DNA of 64,000 nt from the human T2T-CHM13v2.0 reference genome, Homo sapiens. A model generated the notes under the pieces. It saw nothing but the letters and a program-made list of their open reading frames with translations. It made no database searches and was not told the origin of the DNA. The translations under genes were made by a program, and so were the position numbers. Position 1 is the first letter of the stretch, and every line of letters starts with the position of its first letter. This document shows, piece after piece, positions 11,761-24,964 of the stretch. The DNA lies in the NCBI RefSeq assembly GCF_009914755.1, contig NC_060929.1; one strand, given 5' to 3'.

Positions 11761-12984
11761 CTTTTATTTTGAAGTAAAAGTATAAGCATTGTTAATTAAC
11801 CTGACTGTGAAGGGGATAAGAAATCAAAGAGTCCTGCTAAATGGAAAATTTATTAACACACTAAGAAAACAACAAAGTAGAGAATTGCTTGGAGAGCCTT
11901 CCCTGGCTTCCTGGCCACCATGGAATCACGGAGCATACTCCAACCATGGCACCAAGTCAACCCCACAAGCTCCAGCAGAAGCATCTTCGAAAGGGCTCTT
12001 GAGTGTGCCATTCACATGAAAGACATGCCTGTCTGTGAAGATCCAGGCTGTTTCTTGGTGATATTACAGGGATATTTTACATCTGCGACCTGGCAAGTGG
12101 TTTCCTGCAGCATCCTTATGTATTTTATAGTTTTTATTATATTTCTGAGCCAGCAGTGATAAATGCCCTCTAGAAAGAATCCTATTCTCATGTGAAAAGA
12201 AGAGAAGGAATAAAAAATAAGCAGGCTTTATGGCCACAGGAATGTTTGATGTCTGACCAGCACTAACTGTTGCTGTGCAGAGATGGAAAATTTTTCAAGA
12301 AGAATGTCAGGATTGACTGCATTAACCTTGAAACATTGGTCCCTTTGGGCTGTAAATTTCTGCAATCTCTGGAGGCAAGGCTATTCGGAAGGGAACAGCA
12401 AGGGCAGGGCAGTAGGAGAGGAGGGAAATAATCCTTGCTTCAGTAGCAAAAAGAAAGATCTCTGAAACTTAATCTTGGGAAATCTCAAGGACAAAATACC
12501 ACTGATCTATACTGGCCTTCTGAATGAAATGTATAATTTGTTAGGTAGAAATTTTAAAACTACCACCCTCTCCAGGAAAACAAATCTGATTAGAACGGTT
12601 TAAAATACAAATGTACTTACTCCTATTTTACCAGTGGGAAACTAGAATTCTGAAGAATTAAGCAATTTAGAAGTGATGGAATTATAGGATTTCAGTTTTG
12701 AAGAATCCTTAGATAGCAATTTGTCTGTGATGATTTATAATGTAGGAATCCCCTAAAACCAAAGCCTGGTTTGCCATAATAAGGATCCTAATTCCCAGAG
12801 TCCATTGAAAAAAGTACCATGCAAAGAGTGAGATATAATATTATACTAATTCTTCCACCGGTATCCAGAGGACTAGCCACAGTGACAGTATGTATAGAAT
12901 TGAAAGGACCAGAGGTGAGAAATAAACTAGATAAAGCAGCTGAAGCTGGGAAAATGGTGAAATCAATGAGTTCTTCAATATAAT

Positions 12985-13613
12985 CTGCTTCTCTGCTTTC
13001 AGAAGATCTGCTGAAAATGAACTGACAATAGGCAGATTAATAGAAGAAAAGGCATACACATTGATTTAACATGCATAAGCACAGGGCAATTGCAACCGAA
13101 TGATTTCCTAACAACCTAATGAGGTATAGATGCTTACATACCCTTCTGTCAGAGAGGAAGGGGAGATGAGAGTAATGTGGCCTTTTTGAGGAGTGATAAA
13201 TGATTTTTAGGGGGAATGAATGGGTCTAATGCTCAGATAATGGTTAACAAGTGTTTCTCTTTGGGAATTGAATGGGACCAGAGAACAGATAATAGCTTGG
13301 GAGAAAGTTCCTCTAGGCTGTAGATGTGGTGTTTAATTTTTAGTTTTTCTCTGTGATATGTGATATGTCTCTTAATTTTCTCTGGTTAATGACATTTCAC
13401 AGGGCTGATTGAAGGCAACTGTGTTCCTCTTTGGCGGGTCCAGTTTCTAGGTAGATAAGAGAACTTCAGAGAACAACCTTACCCTGTGCTTTGAGAGAGA
13501 CAGAGGATTGAAGAACAGGAGAAGGAGGAAGATCAGAGAGACCTTATGGCTGCTTCTTTAGCTCAGCAAGTCAAAGCACCATATTTTGGGGTATGGTTTT
13601 CTGAGCCACAATA
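12985..13613 (-). mobile_element. MER39-family ERV1 LTR
   Basis: Reverse complement starts tattgtggctcagaaaaccataccccaaaatatggtgctttgac, matching the MER39-type start. Confidence 0.75.
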
Positions 13614-14427
13614 CTGCTGATATTGATGAAAATATAATTTTATATTATGTACCAAAAAAACACAGTTCAGTTGATGCACAAATTTTAGAAATTCACTACT
13701 CCACTTAACATAAACTAGTTCATAAAACTTAACAGTAGAATGTAAGAAAAATGTTAATTTATATATGGTAACATAAACTCTAAACTAGAAGAATCACCTT
13801 CCATTTAAATAACTATCTAACAAAGAAGGGGTAAATTTCAGAAACCACAGCTGAAAAATACCATTTTTCTTTTAACGGTTTTGATCAATAGCACTGATGC
13901 TCAGTCACTCCACATTTTGGATCTGCAAAATCCTTCCCCCACCCCTCCAGTGTTCTTTCTTTCTACTGGATTATATATACCATTTGGTTTACTTTGTGTG
14001 ATATTTGCTTTGCCTGTTATCTACTTCATTCCTGCCCTCCCCTTCCTACTTCTTCTTTTTTTTAAAAAAATTTGGTGCTTGTTGAAGAAGTTGGATTGAC
14101 AGCCCAAGAGACCAAAATCCTCTGTTTATCCAGAGAAAAAATAAAGAGAAAAGCAATGAGACTGAGCGCTCCCTGACCTCCAGTGTAGTTCACGTTACTG
14201 TTGAGCCCCTGGCTCTTAGAAGCTCCCACAGAGGTATTGGTGACCTGTGAGGCAAGGTGCAGGGCTGGCTGGCTTCTGGGGAACTACCTGATGTCTTGGC
14301 ATTCAATGTGAGTGGTAGGATAAAATCTGCAAGGAGATATGAAATCCATAGCTCTCCTAGCTGTCTCATTTTTTACCCCAACCTGCAGTGAATTTGGCAT
14401 AGTTCAGATACCATGCTTTCAAAATTT

Positions 14428-14467
14428 TGTGTGTGTGTGTATGTGTGTGTACACGCGCGCATGCATG
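14428..14467. repeat. Alternating purine-pyrimidine tract (TG)n-TACA-(CG)n
   Basis: 40 bp of unbroken RY alternation. Confidence 0.9.
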
Positions 14468-14509
14468 ACGGTGTACATACCTGTAGTGCATTCTCTAACT
14501 TTCTGTGTA

Positions 14510-14962
<453 letters not shown>

Positions 14963-16811
14963 TGTTTACTAGAGAAAGACCAGAGGTATTTGCCACCCAT
15001 CAAATATAGTTCCTCCCTCAATTATTTCTAGAGTTGGTTTCATAATAGAAATAAGGAAATTACCTTGATACTTCAGCCATTAAATCCCTCCAGGGTAAAC
15101 ATCATCACTTTCTGTATTGGCTCATTTTCATCATGGTGGCAAACACCGATGGGATAAGGAATCTATGATTCAGGGAGAATCTATGTTTGCTTAATAAATG
15201 TTCTATTATGTACAACGTCCTAGCAGTACTTGGGCCATATGGTCTGTAGAGCCTAGGCTACTCATCCCTTTCCCATATCCTTAAACCTGGGCTAACTGTT
15301 AATTGGTACAAAACTGCTCAGCAGGTAAGGAGCTTGCTCTAGGAGCCTCCAACAGACAAGAATCATTTATGACCCTACCTTCAGCTGGAGACCAGACCAA
15401 ATTTCATTCTCCAAACAATTGTGTCATTTTGTCTGCTTTTATCATAGTGGTTGCTTCAACATGCTACCATTTTGGGTAACAATGAGCAATATGCCTAAAA
15501 TTTTATAAAATAGCTAGATAATGACTCTTGTCCATGAAATAAACGTTAATTTTTTACTTTGGGGGAATTAAGTACCTAGACTACTAGTCTATCCTCAAGG
15601 CAAAATCCTAGGGCATTTGCTTATGTAAAGATGTGACAAGATCTACATTAGCATTAACTAGTCAAAATTTTAAAGTTTTTTTCCTCGTAATTGTGAGCCA
15701 TTAACAGTAAGTTTGACCCATGATGGAAATGTTCAGCTTCCAAGGGACACTTTTTCCAAAGTGGTATAAAAATCCATGGATAGGAGAAGGACATTGAGGA
15801 CACAAAAGTTTCATGTGGAAGAATTTTTTTAGGGTTGAAAGTTGGGAGTTTCTGAGTGGAAAATTTTCAGAGGGTATCACAATTTGCAGACCTCTTTTGG
15901 AACATAACTGACTTGGCAGAGACACTCTCTTTCTCCCTATGACCACCAGAAACCTTACACAAACCTAAATAGTGAGACAAAAAAATCAAAAAGTGAGTAA
16001 AGTTTATAAGGGGGCACATTTCATGTCATTTTTCCCTTTATTTTATCTTTTAAAATTTTTAAATTATTCTGTTTTTTAATCCAGCATCATGTTCAGATCA
16101 ACAAGACAGCAACCATTAGCCCCTCACATCACTGCACTTGCCTTTCCTCCTCTGAGTCTACACCTTATTTTCAATGATCTCTCAATATGACATTATTATA
16201 CATTTATGTCAGAAGAAATGACTTATTCTCTCTGTTCTAGAAAAACAAACATTATCTTATTTTTCTAGAGGATTTCTTTTCATAAGACCAGATTTTTGCT
16301 CTTTAAATACTTTCTAATTTTTAAAGGCTTTTTCTTAACAGTTAAGAGAAAGATCTTCTGAATTATACAATAAATTCTGTTAAAAATAGAGCAATGGTCA
16401 CTTCTCATATTCAATAGAAATCATGCTTATTTTCAGAAATGTCTAGGTTTGAGATCACTGGATTAGTGAAGTTGGAATATTCTGTAATAAGATTATCTTA
16501 TATATGAAAAGGAGTTATATGCTAAATGTAAAGTATGCTATCTTAAAAATGTTTATTCATTTAGGCCTAAGATTTCTAAGTCCTCATTTAACAGCCTAGT
16601 GGTCTAAAAGCGTATCTCCCAAAGTTGCTAAAAGAGATGCCTACAACCAAATTTCCTAAGTTATCTTCTTCATAAGACCAATTATGGGAATTAGTAGCAG
16701 GTATCAATTTCAGAATAAAAATTTATAGTCATTTAAATTCAAAAAGCACGAATCCAAACAAAGTTTAACAGACGAGTTACTGCAGGGCTTCCCTGAGCTT
16801 TTACAGGTTCA

Positions 16812-17219
16812 TACCAGAGACTGGCTGAGTGCTGGCCAATTCCATTTTCTATTCTGAGACACTTAGGATTACTACATTTTCCAGCTGCTTTATTTTTAGA
16901 TTGGGGCCATAGGACTCATTCTGTCCCATAGAATCTGGGAAGAGTGATATGTGCCATTTTCAAGCCTGACCATCAAACATGCCACCTCATTATCTTTTCA
17001 CTCTTCACTCCTTGGGTAGCTGAATTCAGAGCATCCCTTAGAGAACTCCAAGAAAGCTCTATAAGATGAAGGTACCAGAAAATGGAAGGAGCCATATCTT
17101 TAAATCACCACATAGAAGACCATGTCTTATAACCCAAGTGAAACCTTGCTTGTGTGAAGCTACTAAGAAGTTAGAGATGCTTGTTATAGCAGATGGCTTC
17201 AATCACCCTAACTAGTACA
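16812..17219 (+). mobile_element. MLT1J-like MaLR LTR
   Basis: actacattttccagc...gccataggactcattctgtcc...ttgttatagcag...ctaactagtaca. Confidence 0.65.
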
Positions 17220-17384
17220 TGTGCTAAGCACTCTGTGAATCTCCAAGGAGTGGATAAGTAGATAGCATTTCCTAAAGTTAATTTCAAGTGATTTTTCTTT
17301 CATGCAAAATTTTGAGATATTATTACTCCACTAGTTTAGCCCCATCTTGAATGCCATTCACAAGCCTTCTTCTATAATTAAGTT

Positions 17385-17866
17385 TCTGAATCAGGCTTGC
17401 TCAATGTAATCACATAGCAGAAGAGGAAGGTAGACTAGTCCATCCAAGAAATGTGGCAGAAGGGGAAGTTGAAAAGGTTTGAAAAATAAGAAGACATGCC
17501 CTGCCATTGTTGTGAGCAGGCCACATCAAAAACATGAAAACGATTGTGGCTGCCTCTAAGAACAAACTGGTCCCTGGCTGACAGACAGCAAGGAAATGGG
17601 AACCTCAGTCTCCTAACCGCAAGGCAGTCAATTCAGCCAACCAGCTGAAGGATCCTGGAAGTAGATTCTTCCCCAGAGCCTCCAGAAAGGACCACAGCCC
17701 TGGCAAAACCTAGATTTTTCCCTTTTGGGATTCTAAAAAGAAGACCAAGCTGAACCATGCTGCATCTAGACTTCTGATCTACAGAACTGAGACATTATAT
17801 ATTTTTGTGGCTTTTGAGTCAATAGTTTATAGTAATTTGTTATGGTAGTGATTGAAAACTAATATG
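17385..17866 (+). mobile_element. MLT1E-like MaLR LTR
   Basis: cagcaaggaaatgggaacctcagtc...gattcttccccagagcctccagaaagg...gtaatttgttatgg...aaactaata. Confidence 0.75.
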
Positions 17867-17959
17867 GAAATTGACACATTAATGTATTCCTTCCTTCAAC
17901 TCCTACCAGTGGAGTGATTACTCTAAGCAAGGCTGTAAGTAGTAGAAATGCAAAGTTAA

Positions 17960-18270
17960 GATGAAATGGCTCAGGACTTTAATCCTTCCAGCCACCGCCC
18001 CTCCACCCCACACAGTGTCCCAGGTCACTGGGCCTTCCATCCTCACCTGGCTGTCAGGAGGCACCCCTCTTCTCCCTGCAGGGGGTGTCAGAGGAGGCCT
18101 AGAGTGGAGTCAGGATTTTTACCATCACACAGCAGTAATTAGGCCATGTTCCCTGTGGTGTCAGAGGTGATCATGTGGGGAACCAAGTTTCACGTCCCTC
18201 TCAGCAGTGACAAGGAGGCAGAGGCCCCTCAACCAGGGGTCATGGAGGCTAAATGGATAACCTGAGCTAA
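17960..18270 (+). mobile_element. Old L1 (L1M4-type) 5' region fragment
   Basis: GC-rich repeated units ggtgtcagagg...caggactt/caggatttt...cagcagt, typical of L1M4 5' arrays. Confidence 0.55.
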
Positions 18271-18870
18271 AGAGAAGGAGAGTTTAAAAGAGGGGTAAAA
18301 TCAGTGTCAAATCTGACACACACAAAAATTAGGTAAAATAATTGTTTGCAAAAGCTTCTATTGTGTATTTAGAGACCACTGTGACTTTAGACAGAAAGTA
18401 ATTTGTAATGGATGGTGGGGTTGCAATGGATAATCTTCTGAGTATAATTAATATTATATAAAAGTAGACACAAAGTAAAATTTGTTGTTTTTAATAAAAC
18501 TTGACTATGAAGAAAGGTATAGGGAGATGACTCGAGGTAAACAGGGATGTCTGTTATACAAGAAGAAAGGGACATAGCTATGCTTATACAATGAAGAGTA
18601 AAGGCCTTGAGAGAAAAACAGGTGAACAATTTCAGAGCAGGAGTGATTGGCTGTTACAGTTCTCCAGAAGACCGTGGGACTCCAATTACCAAGGGATTAG
18701 CCTTGACTAGGGAAAGGCTTCTATCTTGAAGACAAGATTGCAGACCAAGGAGGAAGGCTGAGCAGAGAAACGTGTTTTTAGTAGCAGGGAGTCCAATCAG
18801 TAGAATGCTCCTGCAATGGTTTGGGGATTTTCTCAGGAGGTTAGAGGCACAGTAATTTCCTAATAGTAAA
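18270..18870 (-). mobile_element. L2 LINE remnant
   Basis: Purine-rich degenerate L2 signature (cagtgtcaaat; cactgtgactttagacaga). Confidence 0.45.
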
Positions 18871-19449
18871 GAGACAGAGATGTTAAGTGTTTTTAGGATT
18901 GCCTAAGACAGTCACAGTGAACAAGTATAATTAAAGACTGATTCTTTGATCAATAATTATAATAAATTAGAGTAACAATGTTTTAAATAATTGTTTCTTT
19001 TGAGCATTTGCATTATTTTGAAAAATCATTTCTTGTCTTCCTTGGTAATAAAAAAGAACATTAGTAAAATTGCAATGTTTTGCCAGTCGTTTTAAAAAGT
19101 GAATTATAGCTCTGCCATCTCCGAGGTATTTTCAGCCAATTTCTACAATTTATTTGGGAAGCATAAACCAAAAAAAAAAAAAAGCCATATTTTCAACTAC
19201 ACAATCAGGAAAGGAAGATCACTTAATAACATTTTTCTCCCTCAATCAGTGCTAGGCTACATCATTACTCATTGGTAATAAGTGGCATGTTCCTGTTTTT
19301 TGCCTCTATCTTTATTTTCTTGTTTGTTACAAACAGAGCGCAAGTGTGACTTCCTGTCCTAGGGAACGAGAGTCCGGTCCTGATCTGAAGAACCCAAGAC
19401 ACACAGTCTGTTGCATAAGTGTCAGAGACATCCGACATACAGGATATTT

Positions 19450-19620
19450 GCTAGGCTTGATGCCACACACCTGTAGTCCTAGCTACCCGGAAGGCTGAGG
19501 CATGAGGATTGCTCGAGCCCAGGAGCTCAAGGTTACAGTGAGCTATGATCCTGCCACTGCACTCCAGCCTGGGCAACAGAGTGAGACTCAGTCTCTAAAA
19601 AAACTAATAATAATTAAATA
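19450..19620 (+). mobile_element. Free right Alu monomer (FRAM/FAM-like)
   Basis: cctgtagtcctagctac...gagcccaggagctcaaggttacagtgagctatgat...gactcagtctct plus A-rich tail. Confidence 0.85.
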
Positions 19621-20454
19621 AGTAAGTAAAATAACCAACACACAGGGGCTCAGAGACAGTGAAGCAGGAAGGGGGCATGTTACCATCACAACAGCCAGTC
19701 TTATCAGTAAGCTCTGGAGAGACCTGAATAGAATGAAAATGTGGCTGAAGACATGCAAGAGAACAGAAGCCTGGTTAGAAGACCCCTTGACTGAGAAAGA
19801 AAAAGAAAATCATTTTTAAAGCTAATAATACTTTTCTCTCTCCCCACCTCCACTTTGATACTAATGTCACGTATCCGCACAGGAATGCCTTCTCCTAATT
19901 CCCAGTGCCTGGACTGAGCAAGAGAGCAGTATTGTATACATTTCCAAACTGTGTACGTCAGCATGACTAAGTACATCAGGCACACACGCTGTCTCAAGCT
20001 CTGTAAAATTGCACTTTTGTTGTTGTTGTTGTTGTTTTACCGTGGGTTATAACTGAACTCCACCCAGCAGTGAAGTCACATCTGGAACATTTAAAGACAG
20101 GCTGGAAACATAAAACACTTACATATTATCTTGTGAGGTAATAGAGCATCTCTTTGTATTATGATTTTTTCCATATCACCAACCAAAAAAGGAGTCATGG
20201 AAAGATTCTAGAAAAGTTAGATGATGCTTGCCGTAGGTCTACCACAATTTAGTCAAGGGCTTCTTCAAGATACTTGACTACTTTGGAGCTCAGACATACT
20301 TAAAAGGGAAAATTAAATTAGATCTTTGATTTGTTGAGGTCCATACATATTCAAGAATCTAATGAAAGTGTTGGGCTCCAGTTCTGAAATGTGAACTCTT
20401 TGATGACACAAATTTCAGAAACGTCATGAGTCACTGCAGTCCAGTTATGGACTG

Positions 20455-20916
20455 TATTATGAATTAATTGTGTCCCCCAAATAATATGTTCAAGTTCTAA
20501 CCCTGGGTACCTGTAAATGTGACCTTATCTGGAAACATGGTCATTGCAGATGCCATCAAATTAAAATGAAGTCATACTGGAAAGGAAGAAGGAAGGACAT
20601 CCTAAACCCAATATGATTGACATAAGAAGAAGAGAAGAAGAGACACAGACACACAGGGAAAATACCATGTGATGATGAAGGCAGAGATTGGACTGATGCA
20701 TCTACAAGCCAGCAAACACCAAGGATTGCTAATAACCACCAGATGCTGGAAATGGCAAGGGAAGATCCTCCCCTGGTGCCTTCCAAGAGAGCATGATCTG
20801 GCTGACACCTTGATTTCAGAATGTTAGCCACTATAACTGTGAAATAACAAATTTCTGTTGTTTTATGCCACCTAGTTTGTGGTGCTTTGTGATGGCAGCC
20901 TTAGGAAGTGAATATA
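20455..20916 (+). mobile_element. MLT1C-like MaLR LTR
   Basis: aattgtgtcccccaaa...gtgaccttatctggaaa...caagccagcaaacaccaaggattgc...ttctgttgttttatgccacctagtttgtgg. Confidence 0.85.
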
Positions 20917-21257
20917 GATTCCATGGCAAGAAGCTCCAGACAAAGTGATTGCAAGGTTTCTCTGTCTCTCACATCCACACACACTCCATCAGAAAATCCT
21001 GCTGACTTAACTGCAAATTACATCCAGGGTCTGACCATTTTCACTAACTCCCATTCTAGTTCTCTAGTCCAAACCACTGTCCATCATCTCTAGTTTGGAT
21101 ATCCAGATATTTCTCAATGGTAGGGCTAGTCAATGCTAGGCCACACACACCATTACTTATTGCTAATAAATGTCATCTTCCCTCTTTTTTGTCCATCTCT
21201 TCATTTTCTTTCTTTCTTGTTACAAATCAGTGTGGACAAAAAACAGGACTTCCCAAC

Positions 21258-21585
21258 CAGGAGTTGGCAAACTAGGGCACATGGGCCCCATCCCACCCAA
21301 AGGTGCCAATTTTCCAGGAGAATTCCCGGGTCTGCTATGCCGAGGACAGTGTCAAGGCTCTTGAGAGATTACACAGAAGCTGCTTCCACAATCTAGAGCC
21401 CTTTGCATTTACAAACTTTGTTCTTAAGTAAACTTTTATTGGAATACAGCCATGTCCATTCATTTATGTTTTGCCTATGGTTGCTTTCATGCTACAATAG
21501 CAGAGCTGAGTGGTTGTAAGAGACTATGGCCGGCAGAGCCTAAACTATTATTTGAACCTTTACAAAAAATGTTTTCCCATGTTCT
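21258..21585 (+). mobile_element. MER58-family hAT MITE with unexplained internal segment
   Basis: caggagttggcaaact TIR-like start; aaacttttattggaatacagccatgtccattcattta...gctacaatagcagagctgagtggttg. Confidence 0.75.
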
Positions 21586-22011
21586 AGACTATATGGGATC
21601 CTGGAATTCTCTGTCCACAAGGTTCAGAACCCCCTTCTGGAGCTAGATGAGTTTCTTCTCCAAATCTACTCCCTCAGGAATAGACTGTGTGCCAGATGTG
21701 TACACACTGTGCCTTGGCAGGAGTGGTCAAAGATTGGTGACTTGCTGAAATGTGGTGTGAGTTATGCTTGGACATGCAAACTGCTGTGTCCACACGCATA
21801 GGTGTAAGTTTCCTGGATTGGAGGATGAAGTTGGGAGTGGGAAGAAAATGGCTTCCCTATGCTGCCACATTCCAGTGAGAAAGTCCACAGGGTCCAAGAA
21901 TTCTAAATTTGCAGCTGGTCTTATTGATTGCTATGAAGAAATATTTGCCAAGGTTGGAGGAGAAAACACATTTTATTTAACATATTTTAGGGTGATGTAT
22001 AACTTTAAGTA

Positions 22012-22368
22012 TAGTCGTGAGCCACATCATAATGTTTTAGTCAAGGACAGACTGCATATATAATGGTGGTCCCATATAATTATAATACTGTTGTATTTTT
22101 GCTATACCTTTTTATGTTCAGATACACAAATGCTTACCACTGTGTTACAATTGCCTATGGTTATTCACTACAGTAAAACTCTGTGCAGGATTGTAGCCTA
22201 GGAGCATTATGCTATACAGTATCGCCTAGGTGTGTAGTAAGCTATACCAGCTAGATTTGTGTAAGCACACTCTATGATGTTCGCACAACAATGAAATCGC
22301 CTAATGACAAAATTGCCTAACAACACATTTCTCAGAATGTACCCCTGTTGTTAAGCAATGCATGACTG
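22012..22368 (+). mobile_element. Tigger3a/MER7A TcMar-Tigger element
   Basis: TIR-like ends (tagtcgtgagcc / gcatgactg) flanked by TA; internal ttgtagcctaggagca...gatgttcgcacaac. Confidence 0.85.
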
Positions 22369-23104
22369 TATGCAAACATATAGGTTGTGAACTTTCATTG
22401 GACTTGTGCACTGTTAACTGTTAATGGATCTGCATTACGGGAAGATGGTGGTAGACTTTAAATTCTGTTTTCTATAGATTAATTAAACTGGAAGTTTCTT
22501 TCCATAGGACATACAGCCTCATGTACTCCTGCATAGATATTTTATAGTAACCATAGCCTGGCCAGCTGTGGTCTGGGAGAAGTGAGATTCCACTTCCATA
22601 CAGGCCAGGAATTGTGCTATTTCCCTTACATCTCTGTGATTAAAGATTACAGAAATTGATAGCAGGCAAAATTAGAGCATATTTGACCCCAGAATAAGGG
22701 TCCATTAATCTATTGATGTTCTGTAAACTCAATTGATAAGAACAAGGTTAAGGAAAACAATAGTTTTAGCTAATCTTCAAGTTCTGGTTTTGTTGAAACC
22801 AGTGGTCTTTTCAGTAGCCCATCAGAATTTGCAAGACTGTCTCTCAATTCTTAGAATCTTCATCAGCAGAACATGAGTCAGCTGTGAAAACATTTGTAAT
22901 TTATTCTTTCTTTCATTCTATTTACCAATCAGCCAACAGGTGAATTTAGATATAAATCATTGTAATTATTGTGTGATTATATGTTTATATACTTTAGTTA
23001 TGTTATCAAGCTTTGCCAGTGGCCGCTATTACAAGTTGCTCTAGTGAAATATTCCTGATGTTTGCTATTAGAAGAGTCACTGTTGAGTTTTCAGCCATAG
23101 ATTC

Positions 23105-23620
23105 TCACAACATTCGTTCAAGAGATTTTCATCAAGAACCATATGCCAGGCTGTGCACATAAATAGAATTGCTAATTATGTACCAGTGTGGACATATCAG
23201 CTCACAACATAGATGCAGTTCATGCTGTAATGGAACTTATGATCCAGTGGATGAGTCAGAAATTAAACAAAAATTGGTACCAAAAATACTTACATGAGTT
23301 TTTCTTACATGCTAGGAAGGACCAGTGAAAGATTTATAAAGCAGTTATCAAAGATGAACCAGCCCTAACTGGCAGGGAGCAGGGTAGGTGACAGAAAGCT
23401 TCTTTGAGGAAATTACATTTAAATGGGGGCCAGTAGAATGCAGAAATGTTATCTGAGCAAAAACAAAGCAGTTGTAATGGCCCTGCAGCAGGAAAGAACC
23501 AGCTTTGATTAACTGAAGAAAAACCAAAACCAATGTGGCTGGAGGAAGTTAGCAAGGTAGAAAATGTATCAAAGACTGAAGAGGGGTGCAGGAGCCAGAT
23601 GAGAAACAATGAGTCCTTAA
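23105..23620 (-). mobile_element. L2 LINE remnant (3' region)
   Basis: tatgccaggctgtgc...ggaacttatgatccagtgg...ggccctgcagcaggaaaga...caatgtggctggagg. Confidence 0.65.
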
Positions 23621-23654
23621 CACATCTGAGATGGGTTGGATGGTAGGTATTTTA

Positions 23655-24200
23655 GGCATAGTGAGCGAAATGGCAAAATCAAGGATATTATGCAGGTTTG
23701 TATATATCAGGAAACAGAACAAATTCCCATATTTTTAGTGACAAAAATCAAGATATACTGCTACTACTACTAATAACAGGTAAGTATTTTTTGTAATGCA
23801 GCTCTATTAATAAACTTCTTTTGCAGGGGGATAACATATTGCTTAATATGCCTTCAAAGTGAATGTTTCCTATGACTAAATTGATTAAATTTTATGTATT
23901 TTATCTTTGAAAATGTCTTTTCACACATCTATGTACTAGCAAATATTGATCTGAATCCATGAGCACATGATTTTGTTTGAGCATGTTCATCCTGTAGAAC
24001 CAGGCATTTATAGAATCCTTCTACAGTAGATTCTTCTCTTGATATTTGCCTTCTAGCATGTCATTACATTGCAGATTCATCCTTTCCAATGGAAAGTTAG
24101 GTGGAAGCTCCTCAATGCATAAACAGATTTTGAAATACAAAAATTCCCTTTGCACTTGCATTAAAGTCCAGAAAGCACTGCTGAAATTATAAGTGGAGTC
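23655..24200 (-). mobile_element. hAT-Charlie family DNA transposon with decayed transposase C-terminus
   Basis: Minus-strand translation gives EELPPNFPLERMNLQCNDMLEGKYQEKNLL, then SIFAST*MCEKTFSK, resembling the hAT dimerisation motif FGSTYxCExxFS. Confidence 0.8.
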
Positions 24201-24964
24201 TGTGGAAAAGTTGTTTGTTTTATTATATAAAATGATGCTTGATAATCTTTCTTCTAGAGTCCTCAGGAGGGACAAAAATGTAAGATTCTAGCCCATAATT
24301 AAATGGTAGTTTGTTACCTTAAATGATATGCAGTTTTGTCTGTTTTAAAAATTTTGCCTAATTGCCTTAGCAGAAACCAAAGTTTCAGCTGTCCAGAATT
24401 CAATTTCTATTTCAAACATTATCACTATTCTTTCTGTTTTAGTTAAAATATTTTGGCTATTTACCAATCTTATGGATAAAATAAAGGGAAACATAAGGCA
24501 AACAATTCAACTGTGGAAGAAATTGAACTGAAAATGTGTAACCTCCTAGGTTCACTTCTTTCTTAGCTATTCTCATAGTGTTTCTCATCACAGGTGAGTT
24601 CTTAACATAGATTTTCTTTTAGTCAAAATATGGTTTTATTTCAAGAATCTCAAAGGAATTATCCCAAACCCTTTGATGGCAGTGAAGACAGCAAAAAATT
24701 GTTCATCATAACAGTTTCACAGAACTCAATCCTAAGTACCTTAATGAAGAAGAGAATTTAAAGATTTTTTTTCAGTCTTTGCTGGGAAAACATCCCACAC
24801 ACTGACATGACTGGGTAGAGGGAATTACTGTGATTTTGCTTCTCACTGTACCAAAGCCTTATTTCTTCCAAGACAAGCAAAGGAACAGAGGAATAAAGCA
24901 ACATTGGTAAATAGATTGAAGAGATAAATGCTGAAGTTAGAAAATGATCCCTAATAAATACACA

